Of a DNA stretch of 64,000 nucleotides, positions 28,768 through 38,842 are shown piece after piece; positions within the stretch are counted from its first letter, which is position 1; each line of letters begins with the position of its first letter. The DNA comes from Candidatus Poribacteria bacterium (GTDB lineage: Bacteria > Poribacteria > WGA-4E > WGA-3G), in assembly GCA_965208245.1 (NCBI GenBank), contig OZ242325.1:1395699-1459698 (forward strand). Direction: 5' to 3'. The notes beneath the pieces are model-generated. The model saw nothing but the letters and a program-made list of their open reading frames with translations. It was not told the DNA's origin and made no database searches. The translations under genes and the position numbers were made by a program.

Positions 28768-29293
28768 ATAAACTCCTTAGTGATGCACTCCCAACGCATA
28801 AATGCGTGGGTCCTCTTATGAAGATCCGCTTCCCACAAGCATACGGACAGCGTTTTAAACCTTTTAGGTTCTCCAAGGTTATGTGTTCCGAAAACGGACC
28901 TCAACGAAAACCAAGTCACATAACTTATGCAAAAAGTCATGGCACGCACCACTTATGCAACTACAAGGAGAGTTTTAGTGTGGGAACTCCCTGATACTTT
29001 TGACTGCCATAAGCAGTATCAAAAAGAGACGTTGAGTGTCTCAAACTTTCGTTTAGGTGATATGCGACATGAAAGGCATATCAAAATCTAAATCGGTGTT
29101 TCCCAGCAACAAGCAAAATCCTATATGCAACTTGGATGGGGTGACGCTTTGTCTGTGTTGACAAAGATTGCATTGCCACCCACTGCTTGAGACTTTAATT
29201 ATACCATACGGGACGGGACTTTATCAAATCTTTTTTGACTTCGGCACAAGGAAACACGATTGGACCCGAAGCCTAAAGGTTTGGGATTGTTAA

Positions 29294-29873
29294 CTAAGTC
29301 ACTTCAAATAGTTTTTCTACTGGACATGAAAAACCTTCAATTACATCTTCTCCTGTGAGTGTATCACCAATTTTAAAAATCTTGGATACTTTGCCCGGTC
29401 TATAGACAGCCACATGTTCCAATACAGGATCAATTACCCACACCATGCATGTACCTGCATCAAGATACGCTAACACTTTTTCTGATACATCCCAGAGTAT
29501 ATCTGACGGTGAAATAACTTCAACTGCAAGATCTGGTGGAAATGGAAAACCTTTAGTTCTGTCTTCAGGCACTCGATGGTTAGCAACATAAGCCACATCG
29601 GGCTTCATTACACGTTCACCTACCCTAAATGATGTCTCAGCAGTATAATACATCACCTAGTTGATTCTGATAAACGTGTGCGTCTAAATAACGGATTACC
29701 CGAACACTAATACCACCATGTAAAATAGATGTAACTGGCATGGGAATTAATACTCCTTTGACATATTCGTAACCCTCTATGTCATTGTCAAAGAATTCTT
29801 CCAGAGTTATATCCGTTTTAATGGGTGGCAGTATATTATGATCATGAACTAAGTTTTTTATATGAGTGTTCAT
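29294..29873 (-). pseudogene. Uma2-family (DUF820) PD-(D/E)XK endonuclease, frameshifted near 29640-29656
   Basis: The N-terminal ORF (ITLEEFF...GYEYVKGVLIPMPVTSILHGGIS) and the C-terminal ORF (KPDVAYVANHRV...PDLAVEVISPSD...YLDAGTCMVWVIDP) together form one Uma2 protein. They are in different frames and overlap by 20 bp. Confidence 0.6.
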
Positions 29874-29966
29874 GACACTTCCCCCTAAGAAGATACCTTT
29901 TTTGAATTGTGTTAATCTGTTTCTTCTGTTATACTATCTCAAAATCGAACAGAGGAGAACATTTAC

Positions 29967-30794
29967 ATGGCTTACGCACTTGAAGATGAATTCGGTGACA
30001 TTATCGGTAAAGCAAGACGTGGTCAAAATATGTCACATAGCAAGATAGCAGATGCTGCAAGTATTACCGAATCAGACCTATCTCGTATGGAACAGTATAC
30101 TTTAAAACCTACAGAATCGCAAGTATATAAAATTGCAGAGGTGCTGAATTTAGATGGAGCAAAACTCCTTGATATTGCTAATGAAACATGGGAGCCAGCT
30201 CCGATTAAAGAACATGAAAACACAGATTTGAAGGTCATCATGGTAAGTGCACCCGTTGGTGGATGGCCAGTCAATGCTTATATTTTAGTCTGCAAATCCA
30301 CGCAAGAAGCTGCCATCATTGATACGGCTGCACATCCTGACTTAATCTTGAAACAACTTGACATGCATAAAGTAAATGCAACGTCTATTCTCTTGACTCA
30401 TTCACATAGAGATCACACCGATGGTTTGATTCAACTACAGAACGCTATCGACTGTGAAACATATATCCATAAGAATGAACCTAAACCTAAGAGTGCAGGA
30501 AAACTACATGAACTTGTGCATGCTGACGTTGTTGAGATTGGGGGACTCAAGGTAACTGTGCTAGATACCCCCGGACACACACCAGGTGGGTGCAGTTTTT
30601 TCACAGAGTCTGCTGCTTTCGTTGGTGATGCAATTTTCGCAGGTTCCGTTGGCGGACCGAACATCTCATATCAGGATGAAATAGATAGCGTTCAGGACAA
30701 TCTGCTCTCACTTCCTGATGATATAAGACTGTTTCCAGGACACGGACCTGCTACGACCGTAGGTGAAGAAAAACTACACAATCCGTTTTTCTAA
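29967..30794 (+). CDS. XRE-type HTH domain fused to an MBL-fold metallo-hydrolase (glyoxalase II-like)
   Basis: N-terminal HTH (QNMSHSKIADAASITESDLSRME). MBL motifs THSHRDHTDG, H..D, and GHTPG. Confidence 0.8.
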   Translation: MAYALEDEFGDIIGKARRGQNMSHSKIADAASITESDLSRMEQYTLKPTESQVYKIAEVLNLDGAKLLDIANETWEPAPIKEHENTDLKVIMVSAPVGGWPVNAYILVCKSTQEAAIIDTAAHPDLILKQLDMHKVNATSILLTHSHRDHTDGLIQLQNAIDCETYIHKNEPKPKSAGKLHELVHADVVEIGGLKVTVLDTPGHTPGGCSFFTESAAFVGDAIFAGSVGGPNISYQDEIDSVQDNLLSLPDDIRLFPGHGPATTVGEEKLHNPFF

Positions 30795-30848
30795 TCAGAC
30801 ATTTCACTGTGGAATTTTTTGCAGTTAATGATGTGTGAGGCATGAGTA

Positions 30849-31871
30849 TTGCTATCTTATGTACTCCAAAGATTCCTCTCCATAAGTTTATCCCTTCTTG
30901 GTGTGTCTCTTCTTGTGTTTTTTATGGTACATCTGATCCCGGGTGATGTTGCGCTGACAATTGCAGGTGAACGTGCAACCCAAGAGGTACTTGAACAAAT
31001 CCGGGAAGATATAGGTCTGGATAAACCGTTGTATCATCAATACGGAATCTTCCTGTGGGACCTTATTCATCTTGATTTAGGACGTTCCTTTAAGACGAAG
31101 CAGCCTGTGATTGAAGAAATCAAAGACTACTTTCCTGCTACTGCTGAGTTAACGCTTGCTGCAATGATGTTTTCTATTTTTTTCGGGATAGCAGCTGGGA
31201 TAATCGCAGCGGTTTATCGTGGGAAGTTTTTGGACTATTTCTCCATGTCGACTTCACTTGCTGGTATCTCAATGCCGATATTCTGGCTCGGATTGATGCT
31301 GATACTCCTATTTGCTCATTACCTGAATGTTCTGCCAGTGTCAGGACGCTTAGATACTGAGTTAAGCTTAGATGTAGAAACTCTTACCGGCTTCATGCTG
31401 ATTGACACCTTGCTTCAAGGCAATTTTACAGCATTTAAGGATGCAATTACTCATCTGATATTACCTGCGATTACATTAGGAACTATCCCGTTAGCGATCA
31501 TCGCGAGGATGACTCGTTCAAGTCTGCTTGAGGTGTTAAATCAACCTTACATTACGACTGCTTATGCAAAAGGTTTGTCTCGGTGGAGAGTCATTATTAA
31601 GCATGCGCTGAAGAATAGTATGGTGCCTGTATTGACAATAATTGGCTTGGAATTCGGTTATCTTATGGGTGGTGCAATTTTGACGGAGCATATTTTCTCA
31701 TGGCCTGGTCTCGGTTCATGGCTACGCGTCTCAGTTGAAGCACGTGATGTGCGCGCTGTTCAAGGTGGTGTCTTATTCGTTTCTGCACTATTCATGTTTG
31801 TCAATTTAATTGTTGATCTGTTATATGCCTACTTTGATCCGCGCATAAAAGTAGAGGACGATACGCTATGA
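30849..31871 (+). CDS. ABC peptide/nickel transporter permease, DppB/OppB-like
   Basis: N-terminus MLSYVLQRFL...VHLIPGD is typical of DppB. An EAA-like loop is present. TTG start as called. Confidence 0.8.
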   Translation: MLSYVLQRFLSISLSLLGVSLLVFFMVHLIPGDVALTIAGERATQEVLEQIREDIGLDKPLYHQYGIFLWDLIHLDLGRSFKTKQPVIEEIKDYFPATAELTLAAMMFSIFFGIAAGIIAAVYRGKFLDYFSMSTSLAGISMPIFWLGLMLILLFAHYLNVLPVSGRLDTELSLDVETLTGFMLIDTLLQGNFTAFKDAITHLILPAITLGTIPLAIIARMTRSSLLEVLNQPYITTAYAKGLSRWRVIIKHALKNSMVPVLTIIGLEFGYLMGGAILTEHIFSWPGLGSWLRVSVEARDVRAVQGGVLFVSALFMFVNLIVDLLYAYFDPRIKVEDDTL

Positions 31872-32722
31872 ACACTAATGTTACTGCAACAAGTCAACAA
31901 CACATCATGCCTAAACTGATGCGGCATCCGTCAGCTGTGATTGGTGCATCTATCATACTCTTTTTTGTGACTATCGCTATCTTTGCCCCTCTATTAGCAA
32001 AGCACGAACCAATGACTGCCAAAGTAGAAAATCGACTTAAAGGTTGGTCATACCAACATTTACTAGGCACCGATGGCACGGGTCGGGACGTATATAGCAG
32101 GATTCTGTACGGTGCGCGAATCTCGTTGAAAGTCGGTTTAATCGCAATAACATTTTCACTCGGTTTGGGAACACTTTCCGGGGCATTTGCTGGCTATTAT
32201 GGTGGTTGGTTAGACAATGTGATTATGCGGGTTATGGATATGCTGCTTGCAATGCCGAGTATTCTGCTTGCAATGGTCATTGTTACGATTTTGGGACAGA
32301 GTCTGACGAATGCGATTATCGCTGTTTCTATCGTTTATATTCCGCAGTATGCAAGGATATTACGCGCTTCTGTTTTGAAAGTCCGGGAGTTAGACTATGT
32401 TACCGCAGCGAAGGTCATCGGGGCAAGCGACATCCGAATTCTGGTAACAACCGTCCTTCCGAATTGTCTTGCTCCGTTGATTGTTCAAGCAACTCTAGGA
32501 ATAGGCGCAGCAATTTTGGATGCCGCTGGACTCAGCTTCCTCGGACTCGGGGCAGAAATAGGTGTACCAGAATGGGGGGCAATGCTCAATGAGAATACAA
32601 AGTTTATTCGCAGAGCACCTTTATCCGTATTTGCCCCCGGCATGGCGATCTTTCTTATCGTGTTAGGGTTTAATCTTCTCGGTGATGCACTACGTGACGC
32701 ACTTGACCCACAAATAGATTGA
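31868..32722 (+). CDS. ABC peptide/nickel transporter permease, DppC/OppC-like
   Basis: Overlaps the dppB-like stop by 4 bp. BPD_transp_1 pattern and a C-terminal GDALRDALDP motif. Confidence 0.8.
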   Translation: MNTNVTATSQQHIMPKLMRHPSAVIGASIILFFVTIAIFAPLLAKHEPMTAKVENRLKGWSYQHLLGTDGTGRDVYSRILYGARISLKVGLIAITFSLGLGTLSGAFAGYYGGWLDNVIMRVMDMLLAMPSILLAMVIVTILGQSLTNAIIAVSIVYIPQYARILRASVLKVRELDYVTAAKVIGASDIRILVTTVLPNCLAPLIVQATLGIGAAILDAAGLSFLGLGAEIGVPEWGAMLNENTKFIRRAPLSVFAPGMAIFLIVLGFNLLGDALRDALDPQID

Positions 32723-32731
32723 GGTCCACTT

Positions 32732-33762
32732 ATGTTTACACCTGATTTCAATTATACACACAACATCGTTAGGAATTTGATGATCATTGAAGGGTCAAAA
32801 GAGGTTATTGAAAACTCGCCTATTCTTCCAGTTTGGCAATCACGCCTTCAAAAAGAGGCATTGATACGACTCGAATTGAGGGAACACAGCTTACTTTAGA
32901 GCAGGTTCGAGACCTCATTGATGAAAAACCTATTGCCGCAAAAAAACGGGACATTCAAGAGGTACGCAATTATTTAAAAGTTGCCGCCTTCATTGATGAT
33001 GTTTACGGAAATCCTGACATGCTACTTGACCTCCGCACGATTCGACATATACATTTCCTGATACTTGATGGGATAGAAGGGGGTTATGAACCGGGTGAAT
33101 TTCGCAAAATACAGAATTATGTTGTAAATAGCAGAACAAATCAAGTAATTTACACACCTCCACCTGCTTCTTATGTCCCAATACTGATGCTGGAATTGGT
33201 AGATTGGTTACGCTCTGACGATGCTAATCAACTATCACCCTTGCTTAAATCGGGGATTGTACACTACCAATTTGTTACCATTCATCCATTTCTTGATGGC
33301 AATGGCAGAACTGCACGGGCACTTGCAAATCTTATTCTCTATCATTCTGGCTATGACATTAAAAAACTCTTTTCACTTGAAGAATATTACGATTTGAATC
33401 CTGCGGATTATTATGAGGCGTTACAGAGTGTCCGATCAACCGCTAAACTCACAACGTGGTTGGAATATTTTACTACTGGCATTGCTGAGGAAATGCAGAA
33501 GGTTAAAGAAATGGTACTGACTCATAGTAGAGATAGAGCCTTACGCAATAGAATAGGTCAGGTAGCACTTACAGAACGGCAGCTAGTGATTCTCAACTAT
33601 GTCGAAAAACATGGACAGATTACTAACCGAGAATTGCAGCAACAAGTTAATCTTTCACATTCCTCTGCCCACAAGGAATTATTGACACTAGTGGAAAGTG
33701 GTTTGTTAATCAGAAAAGGAAAAGCACGAGGAACTCATTATGTATTGGTTGATGATTTCTAA
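32732..33762 (+). pseudogene. Fic/Doc-family protein, apparently frameshifted in an A5 run near 32860
   Basis: Fic motif HPFLDGNGRTARAL in the long frame. The conserved N-terminal Fic region (…LPVWQSRLQKEA) reads in a different frame starting at the ATG at 32732. Frames switch between QKEA and TTRIEGT around caaaaagagg. Confidence 0.55.
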
Positions 33763-33910
33763 CAAATGTGGTTGATGATTACGCTATGAACCTAAACTAT
33801 ATAAAGGTTTACAGCAGTTGATGATTCAGTTGATGTTTTTCAAGGTCTTTGGTTGTTGATACTGCAATAAAACCATACTATGACAGGGTTTAGACAGGTT
33901 GATGATAGGA
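33704..33910. repeat. Five or more dispersed direct copies of GGTTGATGAT within about 200 bp, upstream of the FGGY kinase gene
   Basis: Copies near 33704, 33769, 33818 (doublet), 33857 (variant), and 33898. Iteron-like spacing of about 50-80 bp. Confidence 0.5.
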
Positions 33911-33990
33911 TTTCGTAAAAATAAAGGGAAAATGGGGTGGAAAATACCTAAAACTGATTGCTGATTATTGAAAGAAAAAGGAGAAAACAG

Positions 33991-35496
33991 ATGAGTCTAC
34001 TGGGGATTGATGTTGGAACAACGGGTTGTAAAGTCATTTCATTCCGCGAGGACGGAGAGATATTAGCACAAGCATATCGCGAATATCCATTGATACATCC
34101 ACAACCCGGATGGTCAGAATTAGATGGGAATGTTGTTTGGGAAAAAGTTGCTGATGGAATACGTGAAGTCGCATCACAAACAGATGCCGATCCAATTGAA
34201 GCCATAAGTGTCGCTTCACAAGGTGAGGCAGTGACACCTGTATGGGGAAATTGTGATGTGCTCACAAATGCAATCACTACATTTGACTCCCGCACATCAG
34301 GAATCTGTGATGAGATCCTAAAGAATATCACACCATTAGAGGTGATGCAAATTACTGGAATGCCACCGAGTGACATTCATACGCTTGCAAAACTTGTATG
34401 GATAAAACGCAATCAACCTGATCTATACAAAGAGGTATGGAAGTTCTTCGGTTTTGAAGACTTCATTAACTTCAGACTTGGTGTTCACCCCGTTGTTGAT
34501 TACTCACTTGCATCACGAACAATGGCGTTTGACATAATCAACAAAACGTGGTCAGATAGGATGTTTGATCTTGCCGATATTGACGCATCACTTTTACCAG
34601 ATACAGTCCCATCAGGAACTATCATCGGTGAGATTGGTAAAAAGGTATCTACCGAGATGGGATTACCTAGGGGTGTTGTCGTTGTTGCTGGGGGGCATGA
34701 CCAACCATGTGGTGCATTGGGAGCAGGTATAATACGTGGGGGAGAAGTTATGGATGCTACGGGTACTGTTGAATGTATTGCCCCCGCCTTCGGAGAACCG
34801 GTCATCAACCAACAGATGATAGATGGGAACTTTTCTTGCTATCCTCATGTTGTTGAAGGACTCTATGTAACATTAGGATTTGTCTCAAGTGGTGGCGCTG
34901 TCCTTAGATGGTTCAGAGACACATTTGCAGAAACTGAAATTGCCCGATCAGCTGCAGAAAATCGTGATGTATATGATATCCTGCTTGAGAATATACCCGA
35001 TTCACCCGGAACGGCGATGTTACTTCCACATTTTACAGGTTCAGGAACACCACATCTTGATCTGGAGTCGAAGGGGGCAATTGTTGGACTCACACTTTCT
35101 ACGTCAAAAGGTGAACTTGTGAAAGCAATTCTTGAGGGTATAAGTTACGAGATTAAACAGAATCTCACAATGTTACAAGATGCTGGTGTAGAAATAAATG
35201 AAGTGCGAGCAATAGGGGGTGGCGCGAAATCTGACAAATGGCTACAACTAAAAGCAGATATGTTTGGTAAAAAAGTCATTGCATTAGACATCTCTGAGGG
35301 TGTTTGCCTCGGCACGGCAATTTTAGCTGGCACAGCGATTGGTAAATATAGTTGCATTGAGGAAGCAGTAGAACTGTTAGTAAAACCGAAAGAAACATAT
35401 TATCCTCGTGAAAAGATAGCACAAGAATACGATGAAAAACTTAAAGTGTATGAACAGATCTATCCCGCTTTGAATTCTATAAACAAGCAAATCTAA
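33991..35496 (+). CDS. FGGY-family carbohydrate kinase (xylulokinase-like)
   Basis: Start MSLLGIDVGTTGCKV with a GGAG RBS. FGGY N- and C-terminal domains (GGGAKSDKWLQLKADMFG). Confidence 0.85.
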   Translation: MSLLGIDVGTTGCKVISFREDGEILAQAYREYPLIHPQPGWSELDGNVVWEKVADGIREVASQTDADPIEAISVASQGEAVTPVWGNCDVLTNAITTFDSRTSGICDEILKNITPLEVMQITGMPPSDIHTLAKLVWIKRNQPDLYKEVWKFFGFEDFINFRLGVHPVVDYSLASRTMAFDIINKTWSDRMFDLADIDASLLPDTVPSGTIIGEIGKKVSTEMGLPRGVVVVAGGHDQPCGALGAGIIRGGEVMDATGTVECIAPAFGEPVINQQMIDGNFSCYPHVVEGLYVTLGFVSSGGAVLRWFRDTFAETEIARSAAENRDVYDILLENIPDSPGTAMLLPHFTGSGTPHLDLESKGAIVGLTLSTSKGELVKAILEGISYEIKQNLTMLQDAGVEINEVRAIGGGAKSDKWLQLKADMFGKKVIALDISEGVCLGTAILAGTAIGKYSCIEEAVELLVKPKETYYPREKIAQEYDEKLKVYEQIYPALNSINKQI

Positions 35497-35524
35497 TTGC
35501 ACAGATCCCAACGTTTATAAACAT

Positions 35525-35646
35525 GACTTACGCAGTTTCTCTTAAAGTCCCTCTGATAAGGGGAACTTAGGGGGGTAAATCACTAAAATATCATTGAAAT
35601 AACGACTTTTTAACCCTCTTATCAAGAGGGAATGCGTAAGTCATGA
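35525..35646. repeat. Repeat family C copy 1 (about 120 bp MITE-like element; inverted relative to the copy at 54911-55019)
   Basis: About 85% identity to the reverse complement of 54911-55019. Internal near-palindromes CCCTCTGATAAGGGG / CCCTCTTATCAAGAGGG. Confidence 0.8.
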
Positions 35647-35776
35647 TAAACTAAACATGAACGGCCTTGACACATCAACTTAATTTAAGGTATACTAAAA
35701 GCAAAAGAGAACCTTAAACAACCTTAACAAGAAAGTCAGAACAGTACCACAAGAATCTATCAGGAGTGATAGACGT

Positions 35777-37327
35777 ATGGCAAAATACAAAAACATACAT
35801 CTTTTTTTGCTGATTCTTTTAGGTTGTGTATGCGTTGAATTGAACCTTCCTGCAGATGATGCTACAAATTCTGAATTAACGCAGAATGCCTTAGTATATG
35901 TCATTGACATCCGTACCGAAATCGGAGGCGGTGTCAGCACTTATGTCAAGAAGGGCATTCAGAAAGCAGAACAGGCTAATGCAGACATCATTGTTTTTGA
36001 TATAGACACCCCAGGAGGTAAGGTTGATTCCGCTGTAAAGATAATACGGTCAATCCAAGTTACGGAAGTACCAACTATAGCATTCATTAACAGACAAGCG
36101 ATTTCTGCTGGAGCGATGATTTCAGCAGCTTGTGATCAGATCGTAATGACTTCTGGGGCAACAATAGGAGACTCTGCACCTGTTGACACACAAGGAAATG
36201 AAGCACCAGAGAAAATTGTCACTTACATCCGTACGACTATCCGGTCAACCGCAGAACGCCAAAATAGAAATCCAGACATTGCCGAGGCGATGGTGGACAA
36301 AAGGTTATATCTTGTACGTTTAGAGAATGGAGATATAATTAAACTACGACCTATTGAGTTTATAAATGAACAGGATGCAGGCACACAGATGAAAATCCTA
36401 TGTGATGAAGGTGAGCTGCTAACACTGTCAACTATTCAGGCTCTTGATTACGGATTCGTTAATACGCAAGCAGAAAACCTATCTGAATTACTTGCACAAT
36501 ACCGAATCGTTGAAATAGAGCATGACTATAGTGAAAATGTCATAACGGCATTGCCACAGAAGGATATGTTAAGTCAACAAGAGGAGCGTGGAAAAAAACG
36601 GGTATCCCTCATTAAGACGTTGGCGTATGCTAAAGTTGAAAGGTTTGAAGTAACAGTTGCAGATCGTACAGTCTTCTTTCTCACTAGTCCATATATCAGT
36701 GCATTACTGCTTTCGTTAGGAGGACTCGGACTACTCGTTGAAATACGAACCCCGGGTTTTGGAATACCCGGTTTTCTTGGATTACTCTTTATAGGTCTGT
36801 TCTTCGGGGGACACATGCTCAACCAAATATCATTGTGGGTTGTCATGTTATTGTTTGTATTAGGATTAGCATTAATTGTTGTTGAGGTGTTTGTTATTCC
36901 AGGATTCGGTATTGCAGGGATTATAGGTCTATTGTTGATGCTGGGAAGTGTGTTTTACACCTTTTTTAGCGAGACCGGTGACTTTTCTGTTGCCCTCTTG
37001 TGGTTATCTATCTCAATCATTTTAACCTCTGCGTTGGCAATATTTGCAACTATCTTCCTGCCAAAGTCATCTCCATTTCAACGATTCGCGCTCTCCACCG
37101 TGATGAGTGCTGATCAAGGATACCATTCAGCTGGTATAGATGACTTTCAGAGTTTTGTTGGGAAAACAGGTGTTGCGTTAACACCGCTACGACCCGCAGG
37201 AACTGCACGCATAGAAAATAAAAGGTTAGATGTTGTCACAGTAGGGAACTTCATTGACGAGAATACCCCGATTAGAGTATTAGAGGTAGAAGGATCTAAG
37301 ATCTCTGTTGAAACGCTTGAGGCGTAA
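35777..37327 (+). CDS. NfeD-family membrane-bound serine protease (long form: ClpP-like domain + TM region + OB-fold C-terminus)
   Basis: Signal peptide, ClpP/SppA-like N-domain, central multi-TM block, C-terminal OB-like domain (GKTGVALTPLRPAGTARIENKRLDVVTV). Confidence 0.75.
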   Translation: MAKYKNIHLFLLILLGCVCVELNLPADDATNSELTQNALVYVIDIRTEIGGGVSTYVKKGIQKAEQANADIIVFDIDTPGGKVDSAVKIIRSIQVTEVPTIAFINRQAISAGAMISAACDQIVMTSGATIGDSAPVDTQGNEAPEKIVTYIRTTIRSTAERQNRNPDIAEAMVDKRLYLVRLENGDIIKLRPIEFINEQDAGTQMKILCDEGELLTLSTIQALDYGFVNTQAENLSELLAQYRIVEIEHDYSENVITALPQKDMLSQQEERGKKRVSLIKTLAYAKVERFEVTVADRTVFFLTSPYISALLLSLGGLGLLVEIRTPGFGIPGFLGLLFIGLFFGGHMLNQISLWVVMLLFVLGLALIVVEVFVIPGFGIAGIIGLLLMLGSVFYTFFSETGDFSVALLWLSISIILTSALAIFATIFLPKSSPFQRFALSTVMSADQGYHSAGIDDFQSFVGKTGVALTPLRPAGTARIENKRLDVVTVGNFIDENTPIRVLEVEGSKISVETLEA

Positions 37328-37379
37328 CGCGAAATTTGACTGTACATATTATGACTGTACATATTTGGAGGCGACCTAT

Positions 37380-37859
37380 ATGTGGGTACCAACTATTCTA
37401 ATTGCACTCGGCATACTATTGGTGTTTATTGAGATTCTACTTTTACCAGGTTTTGGAGCTGCGGGAATACCTGGTATCATCATCTTCTGTGTTGGCATCG
37501 GGATGATCTGGACAAATGAAGGCGTAAAAACGGCTCTTATTTTCACAAGTATCGCACTAATTTTTGTTATACCGATAGCAATTATCCTGTTATCTCTTAT
37601 TAGAGAAACGCCGATAGGAAAGACATTTATTCTGGATGCAGCAGAAAGTAGTGATAAAGGTTATCACGCCGCTCCAAGAGAATTAACAGCATTTGTCGGT
37701 AAATCTGGGAAGACAATCACCCCACTACGTCCAGCGGGAGTAGCACTCATAAATGGACAACGTGTTGACATCGTAACACAAGGCGAGTTCGTAGAACCAG
37801 AAACTGAGATTGAAGTCATACAAGTTGAAGGTAGTAGAGTTGTTGTCCGAAGTCTATAA
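37380..37859 (+). CDS. NfeD-like short form (TM + OB-fold; YuaF/YqfB-like)
   Basis: Start MWVPTILIALG with a GGAGG RBS. The C-terminus GKSGKTITPLRPAGVALINGQRVDIVTQGEF parallels the long NfeD C-terminus. Confidence 0.7.
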   Translation: MWVPTILIALGILLVFIEILLLPGFGAAGIPGIIIFCVGIGMIWTNEGVKTALIFTSIALIFVIPIAIILLSLIRETPIGKTFILDAAESSDKGYHAAPRELTAFVGKSGKTITPLRPAGVALINGQRVDIVTQGEFVEPETEIEVIQVEGSRVVVRSL

Positions 37860-37920
37860 TCAGTGATCTGGAAAACTAATCTGAAAAATCAATTATACTT
37901 GAACAAGAAGGAGATACAGT

Positions 37921-38841
37921 ATGGAAACACTTAATCCTATTATACCTATAGTTGCAGTCGTTGCACTTATAGTAGTCTTTATGTTTTTCTGGTTCGTACC
38001 AGTAGGACTATGGATTGCAGCAGTTGCAGCAGGGGTACCACTACGCATCTTTGAACTTATCGGGATGCGGCTGAGAAGGGTCAATCCGAATGTTATTGTC
38101 AGAGCTCTTATCAGTAGTCACAAAGCGGGATTGAAAGTTGCTACGTCAGACTTGGAAGCACATTATCTGGCGGGTGGCAATGTACTTAACGTTGTCAGCG
38201 CGTTAATTGCTGCTGATAAGGCAAGGAACATCAGTCTTGATTTTACGCAAGCTGCAGCGATTGATTTAGCTGGTAGAGATGTATTTGAAGCAGTTCAAAT
38301 CAGCGTTAATCCACGGGTTATTACAACACCACGCATCAGTGCCCTTGCCCTTGATGGCGTCGAACTTATTACGACTGTCAGAATAACTGTGCGAACCTTT
38401 ATCAACCGACTCGTCGGCGGAGCGGGCGAAGAAACAATCGTCGCTCGTGTAGGTGAAGGTATTATCAGTGCAATCGGCGCATCTGATACCTACGAAGATG
38501 TTCTTGAAAACCCTGATATCATCACGAAAACAGTGCTTGATAGAGGACTTGATGCTGGTACTGCATTTGAAATCTTGTCTATTGATATTGCTGATGTAAA
38601 TGTTGGGAAAAATATTGGGGCAGAACTCCAGGCAGAACAAGCGGAAGCCGACCTCGTGGTAGCGCAAGCAAAAGCAGAGGAACGACGCGCGCTTGCAGTC
38701 GCAAGAAAACAGGAGATGACAGCAGGTGTACAAGAGAAAAGGGCAACAGTTGTAGAAGCAGAAGCCACTGTACCCAGAGCACTTGCAGGGGCATTTCGTG
38801 AAGGAAACTTTGAGATTTCAAATATAAGAGAAGGAGCATAG
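37921..38841 (+). CDS. floA: Flotillin-like protein FloA (UPF0365/YqfA family)
   Basis: Near-diagnostic FloA blocks: [26 protein letters not shown](F/L)[15 protein letters not shown](V/I)[27 protein letters not shown]. Confidence 0.85.
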   Translation: METLNPIIPIVAVVALIVVFMFFWFVPVGLWIAAVAAGVPLRIFELIGMRLRRVNPNVIVRALISSHKAGLKVATSDLEAHYLAGGNVLNVVSALIAADKARNISLDFTQAAAIDLAGRDVFEAVQISVNPRVITTPRISALALDGVELITTVRITVRTFINRLVGGAGEETIVARVGEGIISAIGASDTYEDVLENPDIITKTVLDRGLDAGTAFEILSIDIADVNVGKNIGAELQAEQAEADLVVAQAKAEERRALAVARKQEMTAGVQEKRATVVEAEATVPRALAGAFREGNFEISNIREGA

Positions 38842-38842
38842 A

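Noticed and set aside
28768-29293. tmRNA, RNase P RNA, SRP RNA or tRNA in the long intergenic gap
   Set aside because: A search by eye found none of the conserved cores: the RNase P P4 motif (AGTCCGG / ACAGAAAGT), the tmRNA or tRNA T-loop (GGTTCGAATCC-type), or the SRP domain IV motif (AGGAAGCAGC), on either strand.
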